From NCBI RefSeq assembly GCF_006345805.1, contig NC_043004.1:93992001-94056000 (forward strand): 64,000 nucleotides of DNA, given 5' to 3'. This document shows positions 15,202-28,992 of this stretch, piece after piece; positions within the stretch are counted from its first letter, which is position 1; every line of letters begins with the position of its first letter. A model generated the notes under the pieces. The model made no database searches. It worked only from the letters and a program-made list of their open reading frames with translations, and was not told where the DNA came from. Source of the DNA: Octopus sinensis. Lineage: Eukaryota. A program made the translations under genes and the position numbers.

Positions 15202-15405
15202 CTTACTCTTTTACTTGTTTCAGTCATTTGACTGCGGCCATGCTGGAGCACCGCCTTTTGTCGAGCAAATCGATCCCGGGACTTCTTTGTAAGCCTAGTA
15301 CTTATTCTATCGATCTCTTTTGCCGAACCGCTAAGTGACGAGGACGTAAACACACACCAGCATCGGTTGTCAAGCAATGCTAGGGGGACAAACACAGACA
15401 CACAA

Positions 15406-15446
<41 letters not shown>

Positions 15447-15620
15447 TACATATATACGACGGGCCTCTTTCAGTTTCCGTCTACCGAATCCACTCACAAG
15501 GCATTGGTCGGCCCGGGGCTATAGCAGAAGACACTTGCCCAAGATGCCACGCAGTGGGACTGAACCCGGAACCATGTGGTTGGTTAGCAAGCTACTTACC
15601 ACACAGCCACTCCTGCGCCT
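15202..15620 (-). mobile_element. SINE family A
   Basis: Full-length reverse copy. Confidence 0.9.
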
Positions 15621-16675
15621 ATATGTTGAACAAAATCATAGCCAAAGCCAGGAACTTTGCGGCACCCCATCGTATGTATGTATGTATGTATGTATGTATG
15701 TATGTATGTACACACGCGCTATGTTCTTAATTCGTTTACTGGTCTTAGTCTTTGGAACGCGGTTATGTTAGAACACATTTTCCACCCTGGTATGTTATTG
15801 AACTCTGACGAACCGCTAAGTTAAGATAACGACAGAAGGCAGCCGTCGACACTAGTTCCCACCAAACGAATTCCACTCACAAGACATCGTTTGACCCGTG
15901 GTTACAGAAGAAAGACATTTGCCTAAGCGTACGACGTAGTGCGAATGAACCGGTCCTCGGCTCCTTCACACCGGCACCCCCGCTGCAAAGCGATCTTATA
16001 AACCACACACCATTTCCTCGCCCACACACACATATATATACAGAGTAAAAGAAAGAAGATCTTGGAAGGAGTGGCGCCACCCGAGTACGTTGAATCAACT
16101 GAGGAATTTCATTCATTCAAATTCAACTATTCGGGTTACGGTAGCCATATACACATGCCTTCTTTATAACATAATCTATGAGGCTGATGTAAACTTATAT
16201 ACTTTACGTTGTGTATGTGTGAGAGAGTGTGCGTGCGTATTATATATATTGTACTGGAATGTATGTTACTTGAGGAGGATGCTGTAGTAAATTTATATAC
16301 TATTGCGGATGTTGTAGTATATACAACTACGTAATTCGTGAATGACCTGTAATAGTTTTTTATATAGTAAGAGTTTTTAAGATAATAGTAACAATGGTGG
16401 AAGAACGGATTTCCTTGATTTTTCAGCATCCCTCTTTATTTAGATTTTAGACTTCATAAACTGACCATTATGAGACGGTAGGTCGTTCATCCCAGTAAGA
16501 CGGATGCAATGGTTTTATTCTTTGAGAAGATCTTGGTGCTTTTACTTCTAATTATCCCACAAGTATCTTTCTATCCTTCTTCCTACATATATATATATAT
16601 ATTATATCTATGTGTGTGTGCGTGTGTGAGTGTGTGTATTTCCTCATCGAAAAATTTTATATTTATTACATACCA

Positions 16676-17235
16676 GGGTCAATATAAAGATCCTGCCAGG
16701 GGGTGTTAACAAGTGTATGGAAAACGAATATGAAAAAAAAATGCTCGCTGACGACCCTGAGGTGGGGGAGGATGGGACTTTCGGAAAATTCACATGATCC
16801 GATTTTACCGTCATAAATTCGAATAAAATGGATATATATTGATTTTTTTTACGGAATCCCTGAGATTTGGCTGTTCTTTCTAGCATGTGGATAGATTTGG
16901 CTGTTCTTTCTAGTATGTGGATAGCCTGCTGGGAGGCTTGAGGGTATATCTTCATTTTTTTTTCTTGTTGAAAAATTGAAATTTTAGAAACAATTTTATT
17001 TCAGAACCGTAATCATTTTTCTACGTATTTCGCAGTAAAAAAAAAATAAATTGCGGAAAAAGTGAAAAATGAAGGCAGGGTCGAAATTTTCCTAAAGCCC
17101 CCACCCCCCCACATCGCGCCAGGGTCGTCAGCGCGCTTTTTTTTTTCATATTCATTTTCCATACATTTGTTAACCCCACAAGCTGGTTAATGTTTTTTTT
17201 TTTTTGTTCTTGGATGAAGGTCTTTATATTGACCC
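16676..17235. mobile_element. MITE with long imperfect TIRs (GGGTCAATATAAAGA...TCTTTATATTGACCC)
   Basis: 15-bp perfect terminal inverted repeat plus ~70 bp subterminal inverted similarity; internal 30-bp tandem duplication at 16863-16922; no clear TSD. Confidence 0.75.
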
Positions 17236-17994
17236 ATTCCAGCCTTGACCATACCAGCTTATCTAGGAGCTACGTAATCCAAAGTATCTTTCCTCTCTTA
17301 AGGTAATAAATACGATTTTATTTGAAGGAGAAATGATTGCTATTTGTTAACAAATCGAACGGAGATATACAAGGATCTCCATGCAAAACACACACACATC
17401 TAAACATGAATACAAACTCAAACGCCAAATGAAACGAGAGAATCCACAGTGAATGCATCTTTTGACAATCAACCAAGTGTCTCTTATCCTCATATACGTA
17501 TATTCCTACAGTTTGTAAAAGCATTCGGCTGTGGGTTGGTGGGGTGGATTATTTATCGTTTGTTTTCTGTATGAATGTATGTAAATAACAAACTACAGCT
17601 GTGTGAAGTCGTTCTAAGCTATTTCAAGAAACTACAACAGAAACAACAACAACACACACACACATTCTCCTTACAACTACTTTCATTCTACACTCCACCA
17701 CCATAATATTTGACATTCCATTTACCCATAACAGAACAAGTTTTCGAAGAGAAGCAGCACACAGGTTATTTTTAACAGACATACCTCTACCCTCTATTCC
17801 TCCCACACTCACTCACACACCCATCCCATTACAGTGATTAAATTTATTCTGCCATGTATGTGTGTATGTATGTATGTAAGACTTGTTTCACTTTTCTTCT
17901 TCTTCAATACGTAACCACAACTGAACAGTCTCTTTCTTTATTTTAATAATCTCGTTAAACATTTAAAGATGAGGCGATCAAAGCTTTTTTTTTT

Positions 17995-18086
17995 TACAGT
18001 TGAGCGTTGTTAAAATATCTCGGTTCAACAGGAGCCCACAATACCGTTTCAATTCTTGATTGTCTGAAGCATTCCATTTCGCTTAA

Positions 18087-18124
<38 letters not shown>

Positions 18125-18137
18125 CCACCACCACCAC

Positions 18138-18186
<49 letters not shown>

Positions 18187-18275
18187 AGTTGAGCGTTGTT
18201 AAAATATCTCGGTTCAACAGGAGTCCACAATACCGTTTCAATTCTTGATTTCTGAAGCATTCCATTTCACTTAAA
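17995..18275. repeat. ~90-bp direct duplication separated by (AAC)n(ACC)n(TAC)n
   Basis: TACAGTTGAGCGTTGTTAAAATATCTCGG...CTTAAA at 17995-18087 and 18183-18275, with few substitutions. Confidence 0.9.
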
Positions 18276-18659
18276 TCTACTACTATTCTACTACTACTAC
18301 TATACACTTATAACTAATTTTAATTCGTTTATATGAAGTCTACATTGCTTAGTTCAAACAAGGGTTGCGAGGGCCGATCCATCATTAAATATTGTTGTTA
18401 ATCTGTAACTTATTCAATGCACCCAGTACTGAATAATGTCATACAATCCTCATTTCTACCCGAGCATGCACAAATGCGTTCATTATTAAACAAATATCAG
18501 ACTAGAGATAGATGTCAGGGAGTTCGAAGAAAAAGGAGGAGGAGAAGGAGGCTTCGAAACAGTGCAGAGAGTGTATACGTGTGTGTGTGTGTGTAATACC
18601 CATGAACCAGACAACCATATATTAACCATCTTGCTGCTGCTGCTACTACTGTATAATAT

Positions 18660-18896
18660 TTATGTCCTTATTGCCCACAAGGGGCTAAACACAGAGGGGA
18701 CAAACAAGGACAGGCAAACGGATTAAGTCGATTACATCGACCGCAGTGCGTAACTGGTACTTAATTTATCGACTCCGAAAGGATGAAAGGCAAAGTCGAC
18801 TTCGGCGGAATTTGAACCCAGAACTTAACGGCAGACGAAATACGGCTACGCATTTCGCCTGGCGTGCTAACGTTTCTGCCAGCTCGCCGCCCGGTG
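18660..18896 (-). mobile_element. SINE family C monomer with 14-bp TSD
   Basis: GGCGGCGAGCTGGCAGAAACGTTAGC head; GCCTTTCATCCTTTCGGGGTCGATAAA core; TSD CTACTGTATAATAT at 18646-18659 and 18897-18910. Confidence 0.9.
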
Positions 18897-19913
18897 CTAC
18901 TGTATAATATATCAATAATTCTGTTATATCACACGCACATTTACATTATTTCGTCTCTCTTCCTCTGGTGTGTGTGTGTGTGTGTGTGTGAGTGTGAGAG
19001 AGAGAGAGAGAGAGAATTTATAATGTAGTTAATTTGAGACAGGGCAGTTCTCAGAGCATTTTTTATGCATTCCTCAGGATTGGAAGCATAGCTAGGGTGA
19101 CTGGGCGTAGTAAATGTGGATGAATTTTAAATATGAAAATTTACATAGTATTCAGATTGAGGCGGGGCAGTACTCAGAGCATTTTTCAGGCACTCCTTTA
19201 GAGTGGAACCATTAACTGGGGTAACCGGGCGAAGTTAATGTGGGGGTAGTTAATAGGTAGAATTCATGCAGGCCCTGTTTAAAATATCGGAATGAACCAT
19301 CAAAGAAAGGAAGTGTGGGACGATAGGATTGTGCTTTTAGTCGAGGCTCTGTGAACAAGGAATGCACAATTAAAGGGCACGAGTATGGATGGGTTGAGGT
19401 TAGTAAGTGTATAACCGAGTGCTCTTAGGTAGGATCAGTCTACCTACAAGCGGTCATTAAGGTTGGAGAGGCAGGTTACATGTAGAATAGACAGGAAGAG
19501 AGGACAACCGGGTTGGTTTATATTAGCGACATATATATTTACATACATGTCCTCATATCACACACGTTCTCAAAAATATATACTAACTAGAGATGACACA
19601 AATATACAGTAACTAGAGACGATACATCAATCAGCTTGTCATGTGAGAGAGAGACACAGAAACACACATACATCATACACATTCATACAGACATGCAACT
19701 AAGATAAATATATCAGTATCCTTCGATGTGTCAGAAAAAAGGTGTGTAAAAAATGCTTACTGGAAGACCCATTATCAGTAAAGCAACAAGATATTCTGAA
19801 GGTCGAAACCCGGGACTTGTCACCGAGTTATTACAATGTACTGAACCAACATGCATAGCTCTGCTGAAATTAATACACATGCATATGAACAATGAGAAGT
19901 GTATGAAATCGCG

Positions 19914-19945
<32 letters not shown>

Positions 19946-20256
19946 TTTAGATAGAAAGGGGGTAGAGAGAGGATGTAAAAAAGATAGACAGATTGGTGGA
20001 TAGATAATTGATTTCTCTTATAGTTTTTAAGATGAATAGCTACAGATACAGAATGACACACAAGGGTAGATTGAAGATGTGCAATGATGGAGATATATAG
20101 ATTGATGAGGAAGGAAAAGGAGACACAGGAAGTACTTAAAAGTGTCAGTCAATCCTCATTTGACAAAAACAAAGAAAGCAACCAGGGCAGAATACAAGGA
20201 TGCAGCCACAGGAGCGAATGAACGACTAAGATGCAGAGAGAGGTACTTGACAATGG

Positions 20257-20330
20257 TGACGTCATGTATTGTTCCAGTACTTTATTACGATTAGCGATGG
20301 TGACATTTGGGAGTGTGTGTGGAAGAGGGC

Positions 20331-20374
<44 letters not shown>

Positions 20375-20695
20375 AAGTGTAGGATGGAATGGATGGATGA
20401 ATAGACACACACACACCTATCAGAGGCAATATTTCGGTAAAAGTATATGACATCATGTGTAACTGTGTAACGTTATGTTTCATCTGCTTGACAAAGTTGA
20501 ACAGTCAAACACGCAATCGCACTCCACTTACCAATGACTGACGTCATATACCAATATCGAAACATTGCCTGTATGTATACATACATAATATATATATATA
20601 TATATATGTATACATACATTATATATACATACATTATATATATATATGTATATATATATATATACATGTGTGTGTGTGTGTGTGTTTGTAATGTC

Positions 20696-20763
<68 letters not shown>

Positions 20764-20793
20764 CATGTGTGTGTGGTGTGTGTTTGTAATGTC

Positions 20794-20840
<47 letters not shown>

Positions 20841-21832
20841 ATGTGTTTGAGGTTTGCTTGTATACAAGATGATATAAAGTGACAAAAATAAATATTAGCT
20901 AATGAAGAATACAGGCTTAACCACAAATAAATTTGCATTTCACACCATCTAATGACACCGCTTATGCCACAATGACGCAATGAACCTACCTACCTACCTA
21001 CCTAAAAGAAATGCGCCTATTTATTTTAAAGGTCATCGCATCCCTTGATGAAAAGTCCATGCCTCTCTACTTCCCATCCACCTCCGATTCGTGACCCCAT
21101 GATTGTATATAAAAGAGGATGGTGACTTATTTTTCAATGAAATAGTTTAACATACGCCCACCCACCGGCGAGTATATTCACACGCATACACACACACATA
21201 TGCGTATATATATATATATATTGTTTTTAACAGGTTTAAGCGTGTGGTTAAGATGTTTGCTGAGAAAGCACGTGGTTCCAGGTTCGATCCCACTGTGCGA
21301 CACATTTGCCTTGTCTTCCGCTGTAATCCCCCAGTTGATCAATGCGTTGTCAATAAAATGTTAGAAAATGTGCGGAAGCTCGTCATTTAGACGTGTGTGT
21401 GTGCGTGTGTGTGTGTGGGGGGTACTAGTTGCAACCAGAAACACGAACCTCTTAAGGCAGATCTTAATTCCTCTAATCGTGCCGTATGGTAGTTGTCTAC
21501 AATTGTTTAGTGGTCTACAACTAACTAGAAATTTTGTGCTGTGCGAGTGTCTGTATATGAGTGGAAGTATGCATGGATGTTTGTGATGTGTGGATTATGC
21601 TGAACTCGAGGAAAATAAACAGTTTCCAACTAGCAATAAGTGACAGATTTTTGAAAGAATCTTAATCGAGAAAGACTAAAGTAACACTAAAGTAACTGAC
21701 AACATAGTCTAACACAACCAACACGAAACATGAATTTAATTAGCTTTCAGACAGGAGTGCAACGCAGAGTCTAAAGTGTGCGTGTGTGTATGTGTATGTA
21801 TGTATGTACGTATGTATATGCATGTATGTATG

Positions 21833-21911
<79 letters not shown>

Positions 21912-23890
21912 ACAATGTGTATATAATATATATCGCACATTCTCTTTTGATTTGAATGAATGAAAGAATGAAATAAAAAAAAAAGAATGAAAATCAATGT
22001 AAGAGAATAACTGAAAGGTAGTCGTTCAATACTTTTGGTTCATCCTTCATATTCTGTATGAATCTGAATTTTGATTTCATGGAACCAGAAACAATAACAA
22101 CATATTAGAATGGTTGAGGAATATTAATCTAAATCAGTGGTTCTTAACCGTGGTCCATATGGCCCCTCAGAGGGTCTATATAAGATTTTGCGAGGTCCAC
22201 CCAACAAATTAGTAAATTGGGAGTCCGCAATAGTATTTTAAGCACCCTTGAAAAAATTTTGCTTCAGATGTAATTAGTACGTATTGCAAGAAACAGCTAG
22301 GGGTCCTTTCTCTAACATTTTACATAGTTCAAACTACACAGGTTGAACTGTGTGCAAAACAAAATAAGAATTTTGAAAGACGTTTCTATGAAACTTGTTT
22401 TTAAATCTTGCGGGGTCCACCGGAATGAAATAGTAATCAAAGGGGTCCATTGATTAAAAAAAAAATGGTTGAGAAAAGCCTGATTTAAATCATGAGATTT
22501 TCTTTCCCTCAGACACGGGCAACATACACACAAACACAAATATAATATATATGATAAATAAATTATGAAAAGCGGGAACTTTTACTTCTAACGAGTTAAT
22601 AAAAGATTGTGTCAAATTATTATACCTGCCTAAAGCAAATCACCTGATGTCATTCAAGTATCGTGGACAGATGTTTGCAAAAGTGTGTGCGAGTGTCTGT
22701 GTGTATGTATGTAGCGATTATACATCAGTAGCGTTTCCTCCATGAATACAATGCATTTGATTTAATTATCTTTCATTTTAATGAGAGAAGATTGAAACTA
22801 TACACAAACAACCTGTACCTCACTTGAATGATATGGGTTTGATATTTTCTTTTTAATTTGCAAGCTTTATCTTTTAGTACTATGTATTATAGCGCCTGGT
22901 ATACACTCACACATACACACAAACAGGCACAGTGCGTGTATATCGTATGGATGCATCTTTGTTTGTATACATCTGTGTGCACTGCAAGATTCTCGAAACC
23001 TCTTTTATTAATTATTGCAGATACTGCGGCTCATTCTGCGAACAAAAATACACACGCTGGTTGTAGATGACTTCTTTATAGTTAGCTAATTAATTAATTC
23101 CTAAATTATTGATGACTTAATTTGTCAACGTCTTTCATTCTTTCATCACATAACTAAAGGCTTTTGTTATATCCTTTCCTTCTTTCTGCAGAATGAGGAA
23201 CATCTAACACGCCACAGCAGTTTAAAAGAGAAAGACATTGATAAACTTAATCTACTACAAATAAATTCATTGAATAATTTGTAAAGTGAAATACAACCGG
23301 TGTGTTTTTATTAGCAGTATGACCCAACCAATGTACAAATGTGTGTGTGTGCGTGTGTGATAGTTACAATGACTGATTCGCATAAACAGCTCTCTGAGCG
23401 GTTCAGCAATAGTTGAGGCCTCTGATAGGATTTTCACTAAGATGACAACCATCTGTTGGTCTAGACAGATATATTAATATCTCTGACCTGAATGCTTCTT
23501 TCTTATGCTCCTTTCTTTCATTCTCGCCGATACACGTAGGCGATAGAAACAATGACTTACATGCAGACGACATAGTTATATATATAAATATACGCAATAG
23601 ATGTATATGCAATACGATATATACCCATTGACAACTGATAGACACAGTAAGACAAAGTGATACATACATACATACATACACACACACACGTATCTTTTTT
23701 TTTTCATCATAGTCAACCGTTAATCCCTTCACATTTGTTTTCCCCTCTCCTTTTTTCCTCTTAATCCTCTCTGTCGAAGAGCGTAGACTCGAAATGTAAA
23801 AGACTTTTCCATTCTTTCCGAGTGTTAAACTTAATACACCTGCTTCTTGTTTCTACACCTTATCTTTGTCTTTTGTTTTCCGTAAATTTG

Positions 23891-23945
<55 letters not shown>

Positions 23946-24677
23946 TATATATATATATATATATATATATTATACACACACATACATGCAGAGAAAACTG
24001 AAAAATACTGACATACTAACAAATGCCGCCACACGCGGCACAATATTTCTTAAAGAACTCTCTCCAAGACATTTTGTCTCAGAAACTCATCGATCACAGA
24101 TAAGCAACGATTGTCTTGTAATCACAAAGCTTTACTCTGGTTTCTTCAATACTAAAATGATGTGAGGTAAATAGTGCTCTGGATAAGGACGCTAGTTTAT
24201 AGGGAAATAACATTTTCCTAATAAGGCTATGGCAATCTTAGCCTCCTTTGTTGCTTGTACCAGAGAGACTATAGTTGTACCTGGCGATGAATGTCTGATG
24301 GGAAAGGGTTAATAAATAAATGCTTGTTGCCAATATTGTGTTTGTAAAAGTAAATGAATCTGAAGACCCGGTTTTCGTTTTCACAGCATTGTTTAATAAT
24401 ACAATAAATAAAGGCTGATAAAGATGCTGTAATTCTAAGTGTATCAGACAGATAAAATGTATTGGAATAAAGATACAGAGAGGTGGGGAGTAGTCAATGG
24501 GAGACTATAGGGTGGGTATGTTAGATAGCTAACAGGTTAAATATTATAGTAATCTTTCGGTAAAAGTCGATGACGTCTTGAGTGAGTGTATGTGTGACAT
24601 TGTGGAATAGTCAAACATTCGACAGAGTGGAATAGTCAAACACTCGGGCGCGCACACACTCACTCAAACTGACGTCA
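20257..24677. promoter_or_regulatory. Three perfect CRE palindromes TGACGTCA (20257, 20539, 24670) in the putative intron 1
   Basis: Exact motifs seen; near-match TGACGTCT at 24571; function not shown. Confidence 0.35.
22135..22482. mobile_element. hAT (Charlie-like) MITE
   Basis: Ends CAGTGGTTCTTAACC...GGTTGAGAAAAGCCTG; 8-bp TSD ATCTAAAT/ATTTAAAT (7/8 match). Confidence 0.8.
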
Positions 24678-24747
24678 TATACAAATACCGAAGAATTGTG
24701 TATTTTTGTTATTATATCATATTACATTATATATATATATATATGTT

Positions 24748-24857
<110 letters not shown>

Positions 24858-26300
24858 ATCATGTTCTATAAAGATATACAAGTATATAGAGAGACAGAAA
24901 GATTACAGGTAAAGTCTGGGTGAAATGAACGTCCCAGTTTGGTGAACAGAGAGAGAGAGAGCAAAGATCGAATCCTGCCCTCTCATCAGAGTGAATCTAA
25001 TTGTCAAAGAAGTGTACTCAGATATAGTGAAGTTTCTAATCACACACTTGCACCATTCCAAACAAGAATATTTCCTAATTTAATCGATGTTTTCAGTTTT
25101 ACCTCGGCGGCGGTGGCGATGTGCTTGTGTGCGTGCCTATACTGGGCTTAGCCGTGAGGTTTATACCTATTGCACATGCACATACAGGAATATACATACA
25201 TGCACAAAATTACACATATAAATCGTAATAAATTACATAAACATAAGCGATTCACCTGAAAAAGAAATTAAATTTTAAAATTCTTACAGAAATTACCGAA
25301 TACATACTTTCAGTTTTGATATACTTTCTCCGAAAGATTGCCACAGACATTATACACACACACACACACGTATGTAAACATACACACATGTATATATATA
25401 TATGATACTAATCCCGGTGATCTACGGTAATGTGCGAACGTTGAATACATTTCTTTTTTACCCCTTCCCCGCCACATACACACACACACACACACACATG
25501 CTTCACTTCCCTCACGTATTGACATACGCACCATTCCGTCTACCCGCATACACGTACAACATACAGATGTAGATGCACTTGCTATTTTATTTCCCCGTCT
25601 TTGAATTATCTGCATATCATCAGAATTACCGAAGCCGAAATACATTCCGAAATACAAGCCTAACTCTAACCTCGTTGTAAGAACCTCGAGAAATAGTAGT
25701 TAAATTATCCTCATATGACTCTTGCCATTAAACGTTATAGACTGAAAATACCTTTATCATAGGCCTGCTCGATCACGGCTAACCAAGGGCTAAATAACGA
25801 TAACAAAATGCAGAGGGAGAAGATGCGATCTAGCGAAGAAACCTTTTAGTAGTTGCATTCGGTGAATTAAAAATCTTAAATGCTGCAGACAAGAGTTTCT
25901 TATACATAAAGAAAATATGAGATGGTCACTTTTGGAACGCCTCTGATCATATATCGGCTTGAATAGTGTTGACTGTCATGAGGCTGAACTCTACCTTTGA
26001 GAGTGCGGAGATCATCACATGCCGATAATATTTTATGCCTGTATACTGTGTGAAACTTAATATGTTGTGTGTATACAACGAACACACACATTACACAACA
26101 TAAATATTAATTAAGATAGATAAGAAATTTCAGTTTAAATCTTGAAAAAGCTGTTGTTCTTCAAGGTTTGATGGAAAAACATGCCAAATTCGTTCGCACA
26201 CACATACATCAATCACCGTCTTCAAATATGCGTGTTCTTGTGTTGTAAAAACCCTAATGGTGTTAACTGTGAATGGAAGAATATATATATACAAACTTAC

Positions 26301-26570
26301 CATTTCCCTTCGTAATTGTTCCATAGCGATGTCTATTGTGGTCTTCTTGCGAACACGATGGTTATTAGCACCGGTTGAGTTAGAACCGGTGTCACTTTTG
26401 TCGAAATTTGAATCACACTCGAGTTTCTTGCGAGCGATTTCTGCTGCTTTAATCCTCGATCGATAAAATTCTCGACAGGCATTCGATAATTCGATAGATG
26501 CCGTGTATTTGTCGTCCGAAATTTGAAACAATGTGGCGGTGTTTGTGTCTGATGTCGCTGTAGATTCCAT
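26301..26570 (-). CDS. First coding exon of a LURAP1/FAM89-like (leucine-rich adaptor, coiled-coil) gene
   Basis: ATG at 26570, then 90 non-repetitive codons (MESTATSD...KKTTIDIAMEQLRREM), then a canonical donor ATG|GTAAGT (intron starts 26300, phase 0). IDIAMEQLRREM resembles the LDxALxxLRKEM start of the LURAP/FAM89 domain, where I recall an intron at the same position. Lies in a SINE-free island. Family assignment is from motif recognition only. Confidence 0.75.
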
Positions 26571-27233
26571 TTCGATTAATTTCTTCTTTCTCTCTTGTTA
26601 CTTATAGTTATTATATTGCTTTAATATATCTTGTATATATATATAAAAAGAACGGGTAACAAATTTTAAGTCTTTAACCGGATGACTGTTTTTTTAAATA
26701 TATTTTTCACAAATTTAACAACACCTGGTCACCACTAAATATTTTGGTGATTAGCAACAGGTAAAAATGATTAAAAAATTTTTCTCTGATGTTATTTATA
26801 TATCATCAATATAGCAATACAGTAGCGAATATTTGGAATATTTACGGTGAAAACGTCGGGCGGCGTCGTCCATGAATTTAATCAAACGCTAAATTATTAT
26901 TCTTGGAAAGAAATAATTAATTAATGGAAATTAATATTTCAAAATAAACCGATCGAGGTTAAAAGACGATAAAAGAATGGTTTGTGAAGAAAATACGAGT
27001 AGGAGCAGGTATTTGGTTCGATGGGCTATAAAGAAGTCCGTGTCTTGAAGAATGCTGATATCAATAATTAGACGAATCCGTGGAAATATAGTTATTGGAT
27101 GAAAGAAAATACAGAGATGTTATATGTTTATATTCATATATGTATATAAATCCTCTGTTTCCAATGAAAAGTTCAATTAAAAGTTTAAACAAATATATTT
27201 ATAGCAGTTAATAAATTTGCTATGTTTTATATG

Positions 27234-27264
<31 letters not shown>

Positions 27265-27600
27265 TAAGTCCGTAATAATACAACTGCGGGATAGCAAGAT
27301 TCCTTATTATTATTTTTCATTCACTTGAGTAAAAAAATGTTGCCTGCCTGTAAACGGTATGTGTGTAAAAAAAAAACCAAGAGGGGCAGCTTATTGAAGA
27401 GACAACTGTTGGTCTCTACGAAGTCAACGTATAGAATGAAGCCAGCCGGGTAGGTACGACTACAATATAGTCGAAACAAAACGAATGTGTCAAAAAATAA
27501 TCTACACACTACGTCAGTTCTCCTACCACCTCTTACTATCACTCCTCACTGCTGAACGGGCACCGCTTGGTAGTACTTGTTCTATAACACTTCCCCCTAT
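26571..27600 (-). other. Probable 5' UTR / proximal promoter region of the LURAP/FAM89-like gene
   Basis: About 1 kb of unique, TE-free sequence directly upstream of the ATG, with several CpG-containing patches; TSS not identifiable. Confidence 0.35.
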
Positions 27601-27697
27601 AGTGGATGATAACAACAACTAGCAGCAGCAGCAGCAGCAGTGGTAGCAGTCGTGGTTGTAGTATAAGGTAGAAGGAGTGAGTGAAGTAGCAGTTGTT

Positions 27698-27729
<32 letters not shown>

Positions 27730-27861
27730 TTTTGCCGTGCTATTGCTGTAGTCGTAGCCATAGTGGTGGAGGTAATAATCTTTGGAGGTGGTAGTAGGGG
27801 GGGGGGGAAGAAGAGATGTAGGAAGAGGTGAAGGTAATTAAACAGAGAAAGACAGACACAT

Positions 27862-27912
<51 letters not shown>

Positions 27913-28675
27913 AGCACACACACCAAACGGACACATACATACACACTATAGCTAATATATACATAGTGTTTACACACACACACACACATATACATTTATA
28001 TATGGATGTGCTTGTGCGTGCGTATATATAATATATATATATGTGTGTGTGTGTGTGTGTATTATGTACACACAGTAGAATTAGATATAAATATATATTT
28101 AATTCGGTTTTTCTTAGCAGTAGTAGTAGTAGTAGTAGTAGTAGTAGAAGTAGTAGTAGTAGTAGTAGTGGCGGTAATGGTGGTGGCGGTGGTAACAGCT
28201 GTTGGGTAGAAGGTGTTAAAAGCTCTCAAGAGAGTAGAAAAAAAGTGAAATTGTATTGGAATAAATGTAAGGAAGATAATTAGCCGAAGTCAGACCGACT
28301 AAAGATAGACTAAAGACGCACACATACTCACGCATGCACACACGCACGCACGCACACAAAGACTTACATGTTGGTGGAGTTTATAGAGGAATTTATTTAT
28401 GTCTTTTAATAGGTTGTTTGCTGGTCTTGTTTGGAGTGTTTGTCTTCGAAAAGTATTTGTGTTCCAACTGGGAATCGAAAGGAGATCATTTTACTCTGCA
28501 CAATATATTTTATTATAGCCAGAATAGTTGGTTTGTGAATTGGTTATCTTGCTCGGATGAATGGATGGATGGATAGATGGATAGATGGATGGATGGATGG
28601 ATGGCTAGACTTATCACTTTGATAAGTGAATGATAGGCATATAGACAGGCAGACAAGCAGGCAGAAAATAAGATC

Positions 28676-28710
<35 letters not shown>

Positions 28711-28847
28711 CGACAGATAGATAAATAAAATGATAGATAGACAGATAGATAGATAGGTAGATCGACAGATAGATAAATAAAATTATAGATAGATAGATAG
28801 ATAGATAGACAGATAAATAGATTGATTGATTGATAGAGGGATGGATG

Positions 28848-28892
<45 letters not shown>

Positions 28893-28910
28893 GCAGTCAA
28901 GCGGACAATC

Positions 28911-28992
<82 letters not shown>

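Noticed and set aside
19030-19500. GC-richer stretch with an internal imperfect repeat, considered as an exon or LINE
   Set aside because: No open frame or recognisable motif
23267-23452. Minus-strand ORF considered as exon 2 of the LURAP/FAM89-like gene
   Set aside because: Does not give the expected domain continuation and runs into a microsatellite
26130-26300. C-terminal 56 aa of the 146-aa ORF-track protein
   Set aside because: Read-through past a consensus GTAAGT donor into AT-rich intron-like sequence
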